Notes: generated from the letters alone by a model not told the origin. A stretch of DNA of 60,403 bases from a bacterium (GCA_031441465.1 JANOEP010000036.1:1-60403); one strand, 5' to 3'. Positions 19,889 to 30,048 are shown, counted from the stretch's first letter. Translations and numbers: made by a program.

Positions 19889-22534
19889 CTACTTCAGCAA
19901 GGTCATCTTGCGCAGCTCGCGCGCGTCGCTCGTGCGCAGCTCCGCCACGTAGACGCCCGAGGCCGCCGCGCGGCCGTCGCCGTCGCGTCCGTCCCAGGTC
20001 GCGACGTGCTCGCCGGCGGACAGCGGCTCGGCCAGCAGGTCGCGCACCAGGCGGCCCCGCTCGTCGAAGATCCGCAGGCTGACGTAGCCCTGCCGCGCCA
20101 CGGTGAACCGCAGCTCCGTCGAAGGGTTGAACGGGTTCGGCATCGCCGGCGCCAGGGCGGTCCGCCAGTTCGGCACCCCGCCCGCCCCGGTCGAGGCCAG
20201 GACGAGCTGCTCGGATCCCATGAGTACGGGCGAGGCGCGGCCCTGGGCGATCCAGGCGTCGTACAGGTCCTGACCAAGGGTGTTGGTCGTGTTCGCGTCG
20301 CGCAGGAACTCGATGTACTCCTTCGAGATGCTCTGGTAGTAGAGCTTCACCTCGACGATGCTCGCGCCCATGGGCAGGTCGTAGAGCGTGTCGTCCCAGA
20401 ACTGCCCGTCTGCGTACCCGTCGTAGCCGACGACCGGCGACTGCACGGTCTGCAGCTCGGCCAGCGTGACGCCGCGCGGCGGGATGCGGTTGTCCATGAA
20501 GACCGTGTCGTTGAGCACGAAGTGGAACGAGGGGCCCGCGCCGATGCCGAGGATCGCGCCGAGACGGTGCGAAGTGCCGGGCTCGGTGTGGTAGATCTTC
20601 ACGCCCGGGTCGTGGCCCAGCGTGCCGGTGGCCAGGTCGTAGGCGCCCGACTCGTAGATCAGAGCCGCCTGGTCGTCGAAGACCCGCACGTTGATCCAGA
20701 TGCGCCGGCCCTCGGGATACCCGCTGGGCAGCTTGTGGGCGGTCTCGTTGGTGACACGCACCGTCACGCCCGGCCCGCCGCCGACGGACGTCTCGAAGAC
20801 CTCGAGCGTGGCCGCCATCTGCAGCATCGCCGTGACCCGCGCTTTGCCCGCGTTGAGGGCCGTCTGGTCGAACTCGCCCGGGAACCACGCGGGGATGAGG
20901 TCGGGCACGAAGTGGTTGCCGCCGGTGAGGTCGTGCACGCCGAGGTCGGTGCGGATCGGTCCCGTGGCGGCGCCGCGCCCGGTCGCGTCGGCCATGTGGC
21001 AGTCCTGGCAGGTGGCGACGACGCCGCCCGGCTTGACGCCGGCGAACTGCGGCGCGTAGACGCCGCCCTCGGCGTAGGCGCTGACCGACCACTCGCTGAA
21101 GGTGCGCTCCACCGGGAACATGTCGCGCTTGTTCCCGTCGGGATGCGGCGCGTCCAATTCCTGCACGACGTACTCGCCGGGCGCCGTGCCGGCGACGAAG
21201 GCGGGGTTGCTCACATCGTGGCAGGTGCCGCACAGGTTGGCGGTGCGGTGGAAGGCCGAGTCCAGGAACTGGTGCGAGGCCTGCGCGTCGGCGTAGGGGC
21301 CGCGGCGGATCGGGTCGGGATCGGTCACGGTCTGGCCGTTGCCATAGCCGAGCACCGGCGCCGCGAGCCGGGCGAGGATGCTCTCGTCGACGGCGGGGCT
21401 GACGCCAGGCTGATAGATCGGGTCGACCGCGCGGTGGCAGTAGTCGCACTGCACGCCCTGGCGGTCCGTGGCCGTGACCATGCCGCCCGAGGTGTCGGCC
21501 GAGCGCCCCTCCTGCCAGCCCCCCGGGGTGTGGCAGCGCAGGCAGAGGTCGCCGGAGGCGGGCGCGTCCTGCTCGGCGATGACCATCGTCGCGGAGAAGA
21601 CGGGGTCGCGCATGGCGTTGCCCATCATGCTGCCGCGCCAGTTCGCCCAGGGCTCCACGGCCGCGCTGTAGCCGCCGTGGCAGGTCGAGCAGGTGCCGTC
21701 GGGGTTGTCGAGCACGCCCGCGCCGAAGGGCTGCGTGCCGGGCAGGCGGAAGTCGCGCAGCGTGGTGGGCGCGACGCCGCCGACGTGCGGCTCGATCGTG
21801 AAGTCGGCGGGGCTGTCGCCGTGACCGGCGTTGCCGGCCGCGTCGCGGGCCTGGATCCGGATCCGCGACGTCGCGCCCGGCAGGTTGGGCACGAACCAGG
21901 CGTAGCTGCTCGACGCCGGCAGGTTGCGGGCCACGGTCTCCCAGTGGACGCCGCCGTCCTCGCTCAGGGAGATGTCGATCGCGGCGATGCCGCTCGGGTC
22001 GGTCGCGGTCCAGGTCAGCGTCTCGGTGGTGTTCGGCACGACGCTCTCGCCGCCCGACGGCCGGGTCACCGTGACCAGCGGCGGATCGACGTCCGCCCCG
22101 CCGGACGGCGTCAGGTGGTCGATCAAGTCGGCCTGGTTCACGTTCAGCGCGGAGCCCACGTTGGAGGCCTTGAGCCCGGGGAAGGTGGGCGTGTTCGAGA
22201 AGTTCACCGTGTCGGTGACCTCGATCAGCGCGGAGAAGCCGTCGTTGTCCGCGTCCTGCGGCTCGGCGGCCGCGACCGCCGCGGCGTTGGAGAGGCCGTT
22301 GTTCACGCCGACCTCCACGGAGAGGCCGAAGGGATTGCGCGGGCCGCCGCCGCTGAAGTCGAAGTGGCACACGCCGCAGTGGTTGGCGTGGGACGGCAGC
22401 TCGTCCAGCACGCTGTTCACCGCAGCGGGGTACCTGTTGAAGAAGGCGGTGCGGATCGGGTTGCGGGCCTGGGCCGCGCCGGCGGCGACGAGGCACAGCG
22501 CGAGCAGGCAGAACCGGACGCGTGTGCAGCGCAT
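19889..22534 (-). CDS. Secreted hexaheme cytochrome c with Ig-like region and FlgD-Ig/T9SS-like C-terminus
   Basis: Six CxxCH motifs (CGVCH, CSTCH, CLRCH, CDYCH, CGTCH, CQDCH), AHKLPSGYPEGRRIW, C-terminal PNPFNP...WDGR...SGVY; AGGAG RBS. Confidence 0.85.
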   Translation of the reverse strand: MRCTRVRFCLLALCLVAAGAAQARNPIRTAFFNRYPAAVNSVLDELPSHANHCGVCHFDFSGGGPRNPFGLSVEVGVNNGLSNAAAVAAAEPQDADNDGFSALIEVTDTVNFSNTPTFPGLKASNVGSALNVNQADLIDHLTPSGGADVDPPLVTVTRPSGGESVVPNTTETLTWTATDPSGIAAIDISLSEDGGVHWETVARNLPASSSYAWFVPNLPGATSRIRIQARDAAGNAGHGDSPADFTIEPHVGGVAPTTLRDFRLPGTQPFGAGVLDNPDGTCSTCHGGYSAAVEPWANWRGSMMGNAMRDPVFSATMVIAEQDAPASGDLCLRCHTPGGWQEGRSADTSGGMVTATDRQGVQCDYCHRAVDPIYQPGVSPAVDESILARLAAPVLGYGNGQTVTDPDPIRRGPYADAQASHQFLDSAFHRTANLCGTCHDVSNPAFVAGTAPGEYVVQELDAPHPDGNKRDMFPVERTFSEWSVSAYAEGGVYAPQFAGVKPGGVVATCQDCHMADATGRGAATGPIRTDLGVHDLTGGNHFVPDLIPAWFPGEFDQTALNAGKARVTAMLQMAATLEVFETSVGGGPGVTVRVTNETAHKLPSGYPEGRRIWINVRVFDDQAALIYESGAYDLATGTLGHDPGVKIYHTEPGTSHRLGAILGIGAGPSFHFVLNDTVFMDNRIPPRGVTLAELQTVQSPVVGYDGYADGQFWDDTLYDLPMGASIVEVKLYYQSISKEYIEFLRDANTTNTLGQDLYDAWIAQGRASPVLMGSEQLVLASTGAGGVPNWRTALAPAMPNPFNPSTELRFTVARQGYVSLRIFDERGRLVRDLLAEPLSAGEHVATWDGRDGDGRAAASGVYVAELRTSDARELRKMTLLK

Positions 22535-22811
22535 GTCAGTCTCCTTCGGAGATTGGCTGCGGGACACTCCGGGGCGGCAGAGATCCCGGGCGAGAGCGGG
22601 TCTTCGAGAACCAACCAGCGGCAATTGTAACGAAAGTGTCACGAAATTTCCAGATAATGATATGATGACATCAATATCCAGTATCTAAACGCAAGCTCAT
22701 GGCGATGATCGCAATGACGGTTGATCCAGCCAGGGTCCTGTGACAGATTTCGGCCGTGCGGGCCCCATCACGGCCGTCGTCCTTCCACCACCGCGAACCC
22801 ACGGAACCGAC

Positions 22812-24485
22812 GTGACCAACCCGTCGAAGCTGGCCGACCGCCCCCGGACCGCCGCCGCGCTCGTCGCGCTGGCGGCCGTCCTGGTCCACGCGGGCGCGCT
22901 GGGACACGCCCTGGTCTGGGACGACGCCAACGTCCTGGCCGGCATGCGGGACGCCGCCGCGCGCGGCTGGAGCGCCCTGCTCGGCGCGGAGTTCCTCGCC
23001 GACACCGGTTACCACCGTCCCGTCGTGCTGCTGAGCCTGCGCAGCGACGACCTGCTGGGCGGCGGCGCGGCCTTCATGTTCCACCTGACCAACGTGCTGC
23101 TGCACCTCGCCGCGTCCGTGCTGACGCTGCTGCTGCTGCGCGCCTGGCTGCGCCACGGCGCGGCCGCCCTGGCCGGCGCCCTGCTCTTCGCGGTGCACCC
23201 CGCGCACGTGGAGTCGGTGGCCTTCGTGTCGGGCCGCACCGATCTCTGGGTCGCGGCGCTCGGGCTCGCGGCGGCGCTGGCCTGGACCCGTTGGCGGCGG
23301 GGCGAGCGGCGCGCCGGCCCGGTGGCCGCCCTGCTGTTCCTGCTCGCGCTGTTCGCCAAGGAGTCCGCCTACCTGCTGCCCGCGGCTCTGCTGGCGGTCT
23401 CGGCCCTGCTCCCGCCGGACGCGCGCGATCCGCGCCCCTGGTGGCGGCGCCAAGCCAGCTGGCTCGCCGTGGCCGTCCTGACGATGGCCGTCGCCGCGGC
23501 GCTGCGCGTCGGCGTCGCCCACCTGGGTTTCGGCGAGGCCGCCGCGACGGCCGGCAGTCGCCTCGGCGCCGACCTCGCCACGCGCCTGGGACACCTGCCC
23601 GCGCTCGTGGCCTGGTACCTGCGGTTGCTGCTGATCCCCTGGCCGTTGAACGCCTACTGGTCGGCGCACCACCTCTCGCCGGACGCCCTGACCTGGGCGG
23701 CGGCGGTCGCGGCGGTCGGCGTCGTGGCGCTCGCGCGACGCCATGGCGCGGCCGGCCTGGCCTGGACTCTCGTGTTCCTGCTGCCGGTGCTGGGGTTCGC
23801 GCCCCTGCAGGGCGCGCCCTTCGCGGAGCGCTTCCTCTACCTGCCGTCGTTCGGCTGGTGCCTGATCGCGGGCGCTCTGTTCGCGCGCACGGACGCGGCC
23901 GGTCGGCGCGGGATCGCGATCGCGGCGACGGCGGCCCTGGTGCTGGCGATGTCCGCCGCGACGTTGGCGCGCGTCCCGGTGTGGAAGGACGACGCCACGC
24001 TGTTCACCGACATGGCGCGCCGCTCCCCCGACGAGTACGTCGTGCAGCACGACCTCGGCGCCGCCCTGCACCGCGCCGGCGACGGGGCCGGTTCGCTGGC
24101 CGCCTACCGCCGGGCGGTCGCCCTGGCGCCGACCCACGAGCCGTCGCTGCGCGCGCTCGGCGTGGCCGAAGGCGCCGCCGGCAACCTCGAGGCGTCGTAC
24201 GACCTGCTGCACCGCGCCGTGACGGCCGATCCGCGACGCCCCGAAGCCCACTGCAACTTCGCCGTGATCGCCGCGCACCGCGGCCAGGTCGAACTCGCCG
24301 AGACCCACTTCCGCCGCGCCCTCGAACTGCGCCCGGACTACGCCCTGGCGGTGGCGGGCCTGTGCGAGACGCTCGCCGCCCGCGGCGATGGCGACGGCGC
24401 GCGCCGCCAGCTCGCGACCCTCCAGCGCCTGGACCCGCGCCTGGCCGCCGAGACGCAGCGCCGCCTCGCGGGATCGTCGCCGTGA
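22812..24485 (+). CDS. TMTC-like membrane glycosyltransferase with TPR repeats
   Basis: VWDD, YHRP, HPAHVESVAFVSGR, KE and AERFLYLP motifs; C-terminal TPRs; start uncertain. Confidence 0.75.
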   Translation: MTNPSKLADRPRTAAALVALAAVLVHAGALGHALVWDDANVLAGMRDAAARGWSALLGAEFLADTGYHRPVVLLSLRSDDLLGGGAAFMFHLTNVLLHLAASVLTLLLLRAWLRHGAAALAGALLFAVHPAHVESVAFVSGRTDLWVAALGLAAALAWTRWRRGERRAGPVAALLFLLALFAKESAYLLPAALLAVSALLPPDARDPRPWWRRQASWLAVAVLTMAVAAALRVGVAHLGFGEAAATAGSRLGADLATRLGHLPALVAWYLRLLLIPWPLNAYWSAHHLSPDALTWAAAVAAVGVVALARRHGAAGLAWTLVFLLPVLGFAPLQGAPFAERFLYLPSFGWCLIAGALFARTDAAGRRGIAIAATAALVLAMSAATLARVPVWKDDATLFTDMARRSPDEYVVQHDLGAALHRAGDGAGSLAAYRRAVALAPTHEPSLRALGVAEGAAGNLEASYDLLHRAVTADPRRPEAHCNFAVIAAHRGQVELAETHFRRALELRPDYALAVAGLCETLAARGDGDGARRQLATLQRLDPRLAAETQRRLAGSSP

Positions 24486-24916
24486 TCCGCATCCTGGCCG
24501 TCGGCAAACTCAAGGACGCCCGGCTGGCCGAGCTCGCGGACGACTTCGCGCGGCGGATCCGCCCCTGGTCCGACCTCGAGATCATCGAGCTGAAGGACCA
24601 GGGTCCCGAGCGCGAGGCCGCGGCCATGCTGGCGCGGCTCGGCCCGGCTTCGGGCCACGGCCTGACCATCGCCCTGGACGAACACGGCACGCCCGCCTCC
24701 TCGCGCGAATTGTCCGCCCTGCTCGGCGCACACGGGTCCCTCACCTTCCTGATCGGCGGGCCGGACGGTCTGGGCGCGACGGCCCGCACGCGCGCCGACC
24801 GCGTCCTGTCCCTGTCGCCGCTGACTTTCACCCACGAGACCGCCCGCTTCCTGCTGCTCGAGCAGATCTACCGCGGTCTGGCCATCCTGCGCGGCCATCC
24901 CTACCACCGCGACTGA
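24482..24916 (+). CDS. rlmH: 23S rRNA (pseudouridine1915-N3)-methyltransferase
   Basis: IRILAVGKLK, FLIGGPDG, LSLSPLTFTH, LLEQIYR and HPYHR. Confidence 0.93.
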   Translation: MIRILAVGKLKDARLAELADDFARRIRPWSDLEIIELKDQGPEREAAAMLARLGPASGHGLTIALDEHGTPASSRELSALLGAHGSLTFLIGGPDGLGATARTRADRVLSLSPLTFTHETARFLLLEQIYRGLAILRGHPYHRD

Positions 24917-25060
24917 CGGCGTCGGGGGATGGACAAAGCCCTTTCCGCGCCGGGGGGGGTTCTCTATACTGGGAACCCGTCGTGCAGGCGGGACGTTGAT
25001 ACCATCTTCCCGCAGGCATTCCCCGGAGGCGTCGTGCACCACCGAAGGCGAGCGTCAGTC

Positions 25061-25789
25061 ATGATCCCAGCCCTGCGCCGTGTTCTCGCGCCGGCCGCCC
25101 TGGCGCTGACGTTGGCGGGCCCCGCCGCCGGCGCCACCCTGCTGCTGACGGGCACGCCCGGCGCCGCCGTCCGGCTCGACGGGCGCGAACTCGGCACCCT
25201 GCCGCTGGACGCCCAGGACGTGGCCGCGGGCGCCCACACGCTCTCGGCCACGCTGAAGGGGATGCTCCCCCTGGACCTCGAGATGCGGATCGACGCCGAA
25301 GACGCGGTGGTCCGCCACCACCTGCGCCTGCAGCCCATGAGCCGCCGCGACGCGGTGAGCTACAGCCTGTTGCTGGCCGGCTTGGGCCAGCGCTACGAAG
25401 GCCGGCCCACGCTGGGCTGGATCCTGACCGCGACGGAGGTCGGCGGGTTGCTGACGGCGCTGGCGGGGGAACTGGCCGTGCAGAACCATCGCGACGACTA
25501 CGACCTCGCCATGGCGAACTACCGCGAAGCCCTGCTGCCGGACGAGGTCGCCTTCTACCGTGATCAGGCCGACGACGCGTGGACCGCGGCCGACGACGCC
25601 GGCCGGCTGCGGGACACCGCGGCGGCCGTGGCCGTCGGAGCCGTCGTCGTCAGCGTGATCGACGCCTGGCTACGCTTCCCGTCGCTCGAGGCAGGAGCCG
25701 GGCCGGCGCCCGCGCCGCCGCCGGAGTTCGCGGCCGGCGCCGCGACGGCGGGTTCCGGCTTCCACGTGGGCTGGAGCCTGCGGTGGTGA
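25061..25789 (+). CDS. PEGA domain membrane protein
   Basis: Signal peptide, PGAAVRLDGRELGTLP PEGA motif, SLLLAGLGQRY segment. Confidence 0.65.
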   Translation: MIPALRRVLAPAALALTLAGPAAGATLLLTGTPGAAVRLDGRELGTLPLDAQDVAAGAHTLSATLKGMLPLDLEMRIDAEDAVVRHHLRLQPMSRRDAVSYSLLLAGLGQRYEGRPTLGWILTATEVGGLLTALAGELAVQNHRDDYDLAMANYREALLPDEVAFYRDQADDAWTAADDAGRLRDTAAAVAVGAVVVSVIDAWLRFPSLEAGAGPAPAPPPEFAAGAATAGSGFHVGWSLRW

Positions 25790-25803
25790 CGAAAGGACGG
25801 ACG

Positions 25804-27294
25804 ATGACCGAACGCCTGCACTCGCGCCTGCCGCTGCTCGCCCTGCTGGCCGCGATCAGCCTGGCTCTGGGCTGCACCCAGGTTCCCGACTCGCCGAACT
25901 TCGACAACCCTCTGGACCCCGACGGGACGGGCGGCGATCCCTTCAACGTCTCGGCGTTCTATGGAGTCGGCGGCGTCGTCGTGTCCTGGACCTCCCTCGA
26001 ACTGCCCGGCGTGGCGGGCTACGAGATCCTGCGTTCCGGCGGCGAGGACGGCCCCTACGACGTCATCGGTTCCGTCGAGCACCCGACGGTCCTGTACATC
26101 GACCGCGACTTCGCGCCGAACCTGCCCAACTTCTACAAGGTCCGCGCCACCGACGCCTTGGGCAACAGCACGCTCATCTCCGTCGTGACGGCCGCCCGCA
26201 TCGCGGCCCCGCCCCGCCTGGTGATCGCCGACACCACCACGTCCGCCACACGCTCGCTCACCCTGTCGCTCGAGGTCGCGCTGGGCGACAGCGCCGCCGT
26301 CGATTCCCTGCGGAGCTTCGCCACCGCCGTCACCGCCGTCTTCGACGACGAGGGCCTGGCCTCCCTGCCCTGGGACCTCGGCGCCGCCCCCGCCTCCCTC
26401 GTCTGGAAGCACGTCTACGTGCGCGTCTACTCGGCCGGCATCGCCGGGGCCGTGTTCCACGATTCGATCAAGGTCCGCTTCGCCCCCGACCTCAAGCTCG
26501 AGGGCAACCCGGCCTCGCTCGCCGACCGCACCCCGGCGCTGAGGATCATCGGCGCCGGCGTGACCCAGATGCGCTTCGCCCCGGACCGCTCCTCGCTGTC
26601 GTCGGCGGCCTGGTTGCCCGGCGCCAACGTGCACGAGGACTACCTCCTGGGCGCGGAGCTGACCACCCAGACGATCTTCGGCGAGTTCGCCTGCGACTTC
26701 GGCTTCACCGTGATCGACAGCGTGCCGGCGGTGCCGGATGACCTGCAACCCCTGACGCTGACGGTCAACGGGGGCGCGGCGGCCACGAGCGCGCTGCTGG
26801 TCCCGCTGTCGGCCGACGCGCGCGCCACCCACATGCGCTTCGCCGAGACGCTCGCGGAGCTGGGTGAGGCGACCTGGCAGGCCTACGCCGCCCAGACGAC
26901 CTTCGCCCACAGCGCCTGCGCGGGCGACCCGGCCAAGACCGTGTGGGCCCAGTACAAGAACGACTGGGTCGTCGCCAACCCCGTGAGCGGCGGCTTCCAG
27001 TGGCTGCCGCCCGAAGCGCTGAGCGTGACGATCGCCGCACCGGACACCGTGACGTCGGGCGACATCGTGATGATCGCCGGCACGGCCGTCGCCGGGACCT
27101 GCGGCGATCCGTTGGATCTGGTCGAGGTGGATGCGGGTGCGGGCTGGCAGGCGGCGACGGGGCTCGCGACGTGGGCGTTCGCCTGGACCGCGCCCGCGGT
27201 CGGCGACACCACGACCGTCACCGTGTCGGCGCGGGTCTCTGCCGGCGCCGACACGGCGACGGACACGCACGACATCGTCGTGCTGCCCGAGTAG
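25804..27294 (+). CDS. Lipoprotein with fibronectin III/Ig-like domains
   Basis: Lipobox LALGC, DNPLDP, VSW...GYEILR...YKVRATD (FN3). Confidence 0.7.
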   Translation: MTERLHSRLPLLALLAAISLALGCTQVPDSPNFDNPLDPDGTGGDPFNVSAFYGVGGVVVSWTSLELPGVAGYEILRSGGEDGPYDVIGSVEHPTVLYIDRDFAPNLPNFYKVRATDALGNSTLISVVTAARIAAPPRLVIADTTTSATRSLTLSLEVALGDSAAVDSLRSFATAVTAVFDDEGLASLPWDLGAAPASLVWKHVYVRVYSAGIAGAVFHDSIKVRFAPDLKLEGNPASLADRTPALRIIGAGVTQMRFAPDRSSLSSAAWLPGANVHEDYLLGAELTTQTIFGEFACDFGFTVIDSVPAVPDDLQPLTLTVNGGAAATSALLVPLSADARATHMRFAETLAELGEATWQAYAAQTTFAHSACAGDPAKTVWAQYKNDWVVANPVSGGFQWLPPEALSVTIAAPDTVTSGDIVMIAGTAVAGTCGDPLDLVEVDAGAGWQAATGLATWAFAWTAPAVGDTTTVTVSARVSAGADTATDTHDIVVLPE

Positions 27295-27303
27295 GCCGCG
27301 CCG

Positions 27304-27645
27304 CTACAGTCGGATGACGCGCGCGGCCTCGTTCTGCAGGCCGAGGATCTCGACCATGGTCGAGACCCGGCCGACGGCGAGTTTCTCCCTCAGCTCGAAC
27401 CAGTCGAGGCAGGTGCCGCAGCAGAGCAGATCCGCGCCGGCGTCCCGGAGCGCCTGCAGTTCAGGCAGGCACCCCGACCCCTCGCAGCACAGCTTCACGC
27501 CGGCGTTCAGGAACAACAGATGGGACGGCAGTGCGCCCGCGGCCTGCGGCAGGCTCCGCAGCGCGGACAGCAGCAGCGCCTCGCCCAGCTCGTCGTCGCC
27601 GCGGCCCAGCGCGTCGCCGGCGATGAGGATCACGCTCTTGGACAT
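27304..27645 (-). CDS. DsrE-fold YedF-like sulfur/selenium carrier protein
   Basis: LGRGDDELG, FLNAGVKL, CGTCLDWF and VGRVSTM. Confidence 0.8.
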   Translation of the reverse strand: MSKSVILIAGDALGRGDDELGEALLLSALRSLPQAAGALPSHLLFLNAGVKLCCEGSGCLPELQALRDAGADLLCCGTCLDWFELREKLAVGRVSTMVEILGLQNEAARVIRL

Positions 27646-27669
27646 CGATGCACCTGAATCCCTCGAGTG

Positions 27670-30048
27670 CTACTTGAGCAACGCCAACTTCTCCACGAAC
27701 GACACCTCGTCCGCCGCGAACCGCACGAAGTAGACGCCGCTCGGCCGCGCGCGCCCCGCGTCGTCGCGCCCATCCCAGACGCTCTCGTGCCAGCCCGCCG
27801 CGTCCTGCGCGTCCAGGGTGCGCACCAGGCGCCCCCTCTGGTCGAAGACAGCCAGTCGGACCTCGCGCGCGCCGGCCGGCACGCAGTACTTCAGCACGGT
27901 CGCGGGGTTGAAGGGGTTCGGCGACGCCGGCAGCAGGCGCGCGGCCAGACCGGCGCCCGGCGTCTCCCCGGCCCCGGTGGCGAACTCGCCGTCGAGGATC
28001 ACTTCGTCCACCCACCAGCCGAAACCGCAGAAGTTGCCGTCCTCGGCGGACCAACCGCCGTCGCTGTCGAGGCGCAGCCGCAGGTCCACGACCGCGAAGC
28101 CGAAGTCGTTGTCGCAGGCGCCGATCAGCGACGACGGGATCTCCCAGGAATCGGTGACGCAGGAACTCGCGCCGGTCAGGACGGCGATCTGCACCCAGGG
28201 CGAGCCCGGATCGCCGGCGCAGCGGCCTTCGACGTAGGCGAAGTCGTAGTCGGGTTCGATGTCGTAGCGGTGCCGCAGGGTGATCGTGGCCCCCTCGGAG
28301 ACGCCCACCGTGGTCCAGGTGAAATCGAACCAGTTGTTGCCGTAGCCGGGGCCGCACTCGAACTCGGGGGCGTCGACGCCGAACCAGAGCCCGCCGTCTC
28401 CGGAACAGGACCCCGCCATGATCCCGTCGTGATGGACGAAGCTGCGGCAGAAGAGCCAACCCTCGGTGCCGGTCTCGAAGGTCCAAGCGAGCGACTTGTC
28501 GGCCGCGACCCGGGGCGCGCGTTTCGCGCTCATCACGAAGTCGAGCGACACGTCCTGCCCCGACAGCGCGATGTTCTCCAGGGCGATCCCGGTCGGGTCG
28601 CAGACGTTGTCGGACGCCGGCGGGATCGTGTCGTCGGCGAAACGGTTGCGGTCGCGCGGGCCGTACCAGTCGGTCGTGTCGACGTTGGCGGCCGACCAGC
28701 CCGGCCAGGCGTCGCCGTCGTCGCCGCGGTTGAAGTTGTCCAGCCGCAGCTGCATCGCATAATCGCGCGGGCCGTCCAGGTGCTCGAACCAGTCGCCGGG
28801 CGCGCGGAACCAGGGGCTCGCCTCGACCACGTCCACCAGGCGGTGCTTCTCGTTGGCGTTGCCGGAGACCGCTTCGTCGACGTGGTAGACGACCAGTCCG
28901 GAGGCCGGAGGCAGCCCGAAGTCCACCTGCCGCCGGGTGAGCGAGGCGTCGAAGCCCAGGGGTTGACGGTTCTCGACCAGGAAGTACTCGTCCCCGGTCG
29001 CGACGCCGTCGCGGAAGATGCGGTAGGCCGTCGGGTCGGTCTCGGCCGGCGGGACGGTCACACCGGGCTGGCTGGAGGTGATGGCGACGGGGACGACCCA
29101 GCCCAGCTGGGCCTTGCACCAGGCGGACATGTGCGAGGGGCTGCTGCCGGCGGGATCGCCGAGACGGCGCCCCCAGGAGCCGCCGCCCATCAGGCACCAC
29201 TCGCCGACGCCGCTGCTGCTGTAATCGGTGTCGTAGAGATCGGGCAGACCCAGCGCGTGCCCGTACTCGTGGGCGAACACGCCCATGGTGATCTGCGAGC
29301 CGTCCATCATCTCTTCCGGCTCCACGGTGTAGCGCTTCAGCGCCACGCCGTCGGCCGTCGCCTGGGGCGTATTGAAGGACCAGGCGTGCGACCAGATGTC
29401 GCTGTTGCTGCCGGTCTGCTCGCGCCCGGGACCGGCGTGCACGAAGAACAGGGCGTCGACGAGACCGTCGTCGTCGTACGAGTGCGGCACGCCGTCCGGC
29501 CCGTCGTTGTCGAACTGGGCGTAGTCGATGACCGGGTCGAGCTGGGTCATCACCGCCGAGATCATCGACCTCACCTCGAGGTAGTTGGTGGGGTCGATGT
29601 TCGCGTACGGCGCTGCGGCGGTGTGCCAGCCCGAGACCTGGCCCTGCACCTGGTAGAGGCCGTGGCTGTTCTCGAGGTAGAAGTCGCTCAGGCTGCCGGT
29701 GGGATGGATCCCGACGCTGAACAGCATCTGCTGGTAGGCCGCGTTCGGGTGGGCCGTCGTGTCGGCGGGGTGATCGTTCCAGGTGACGAGCACGACCAGG
29801 CAGGAACCGGTGCCGGTCGTCTGGAGGCGATGGCCCGACTTGCGCGCATCCCGGGATTCCCGGTACAGTTCGGCCTCCGGCAGAGCGTCGCCGGCCGAGC
29901 GGGCGGTCGCCTCGGCGCCGAGACGGGCCAGGAGGGCCGGATCGGCGGCCACGGCGCGGGGACCGGCGGCGGACGGCGGGTCGACGGCAGTGGCGACGCC
30001 AACCGGCAAGAAGGCCAGGAAACACAGCGAGACCAGGCACAACCGCAT
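27670..30048 (-). CDS. M6-family (immune inhibitor A-like) metalloprotease with FlgD-Ig C-terminus
   Basis: HEYGHALGLPDLYD, EYFLVENRQ, IEPDYDFAYVE, C-terminal PNPFNP...WDGR...SGVY. Confidence 0.88.
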   Translation of the reverse strand: MRLCLVSLCFLAFLPVGVATAVDPPSAAGPRAVAADPALLARLGAEATARSAGDALPEAELYRESRDARKSGHRLQTTGTGSCLVVLVTWNDHPADTTAHPNAAYQQMLFSVGIHPTGSLSDFYLENSHGLYQVQGQVSGWHTAAAPYANIDPTNYLEVRSMISAVMTQLDPVIDYAQFDNDGPDGVPHSYDDDGLVDALFFVHAGPGREQTGSNSDIWSHAWSFNTPQATADGVALKRYTVEPEEMMDGSQITMGVFAHEYGHALGLPDLYDTDYSSSGVGEWCLMGGGSWGRRLGDPAGSSPSHMSAWCKAQLGWVVPVAITSSQPGVTVPPAETDPTAYRIFRDGVATGDEYFLVENRQPLGFDASLTRRQVDFGLPPASGLVVYHVDEAVSGNANEKHRLVDVVEASPWFRAPGDWFEHLDGPRDYAMQLRLDNFNRGDDGDAWPGWSAANVDTTDWYGPRDRNRFADDTIPPASDNVCDPTGIALENIALSGQDVSLDFVMSAKRAPRVAADKSLAWTFETGTEGWLFCRSFVHHDGIMAGSCSGDGGLWFGVDAPEFECGPGYGNNWFDFTWTTVGVSEGATITLRHRYDIEPDYDFAYVEGRCAGDPGSPWVQIAVLTGASSCVTDSWEIPSSLIGACDNDFGFAVVDLRLRLDSDGGWSAEDGNFCGFGWWVDEVILDGEFATGAGETPGAGLAARLLPASPNPFNPATVLKYCVPAGAREVRLAVFDQRGRLVRTLDAQDAAGWHESVWDGRDDAGRARPSGVYFVRFAADEVSFVEKLALLK

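Noticed and set aside
22653..22672. Fur-box-like GATAATGATA upstream of the hexaheme cytochrome
   Set aside because: Only the first half matches the 19-bp consensus.
24890..25060. rlmH 3' end as an integration hotspot
   Set aside because: No recombinase, direct repeat or compositional break downstream.
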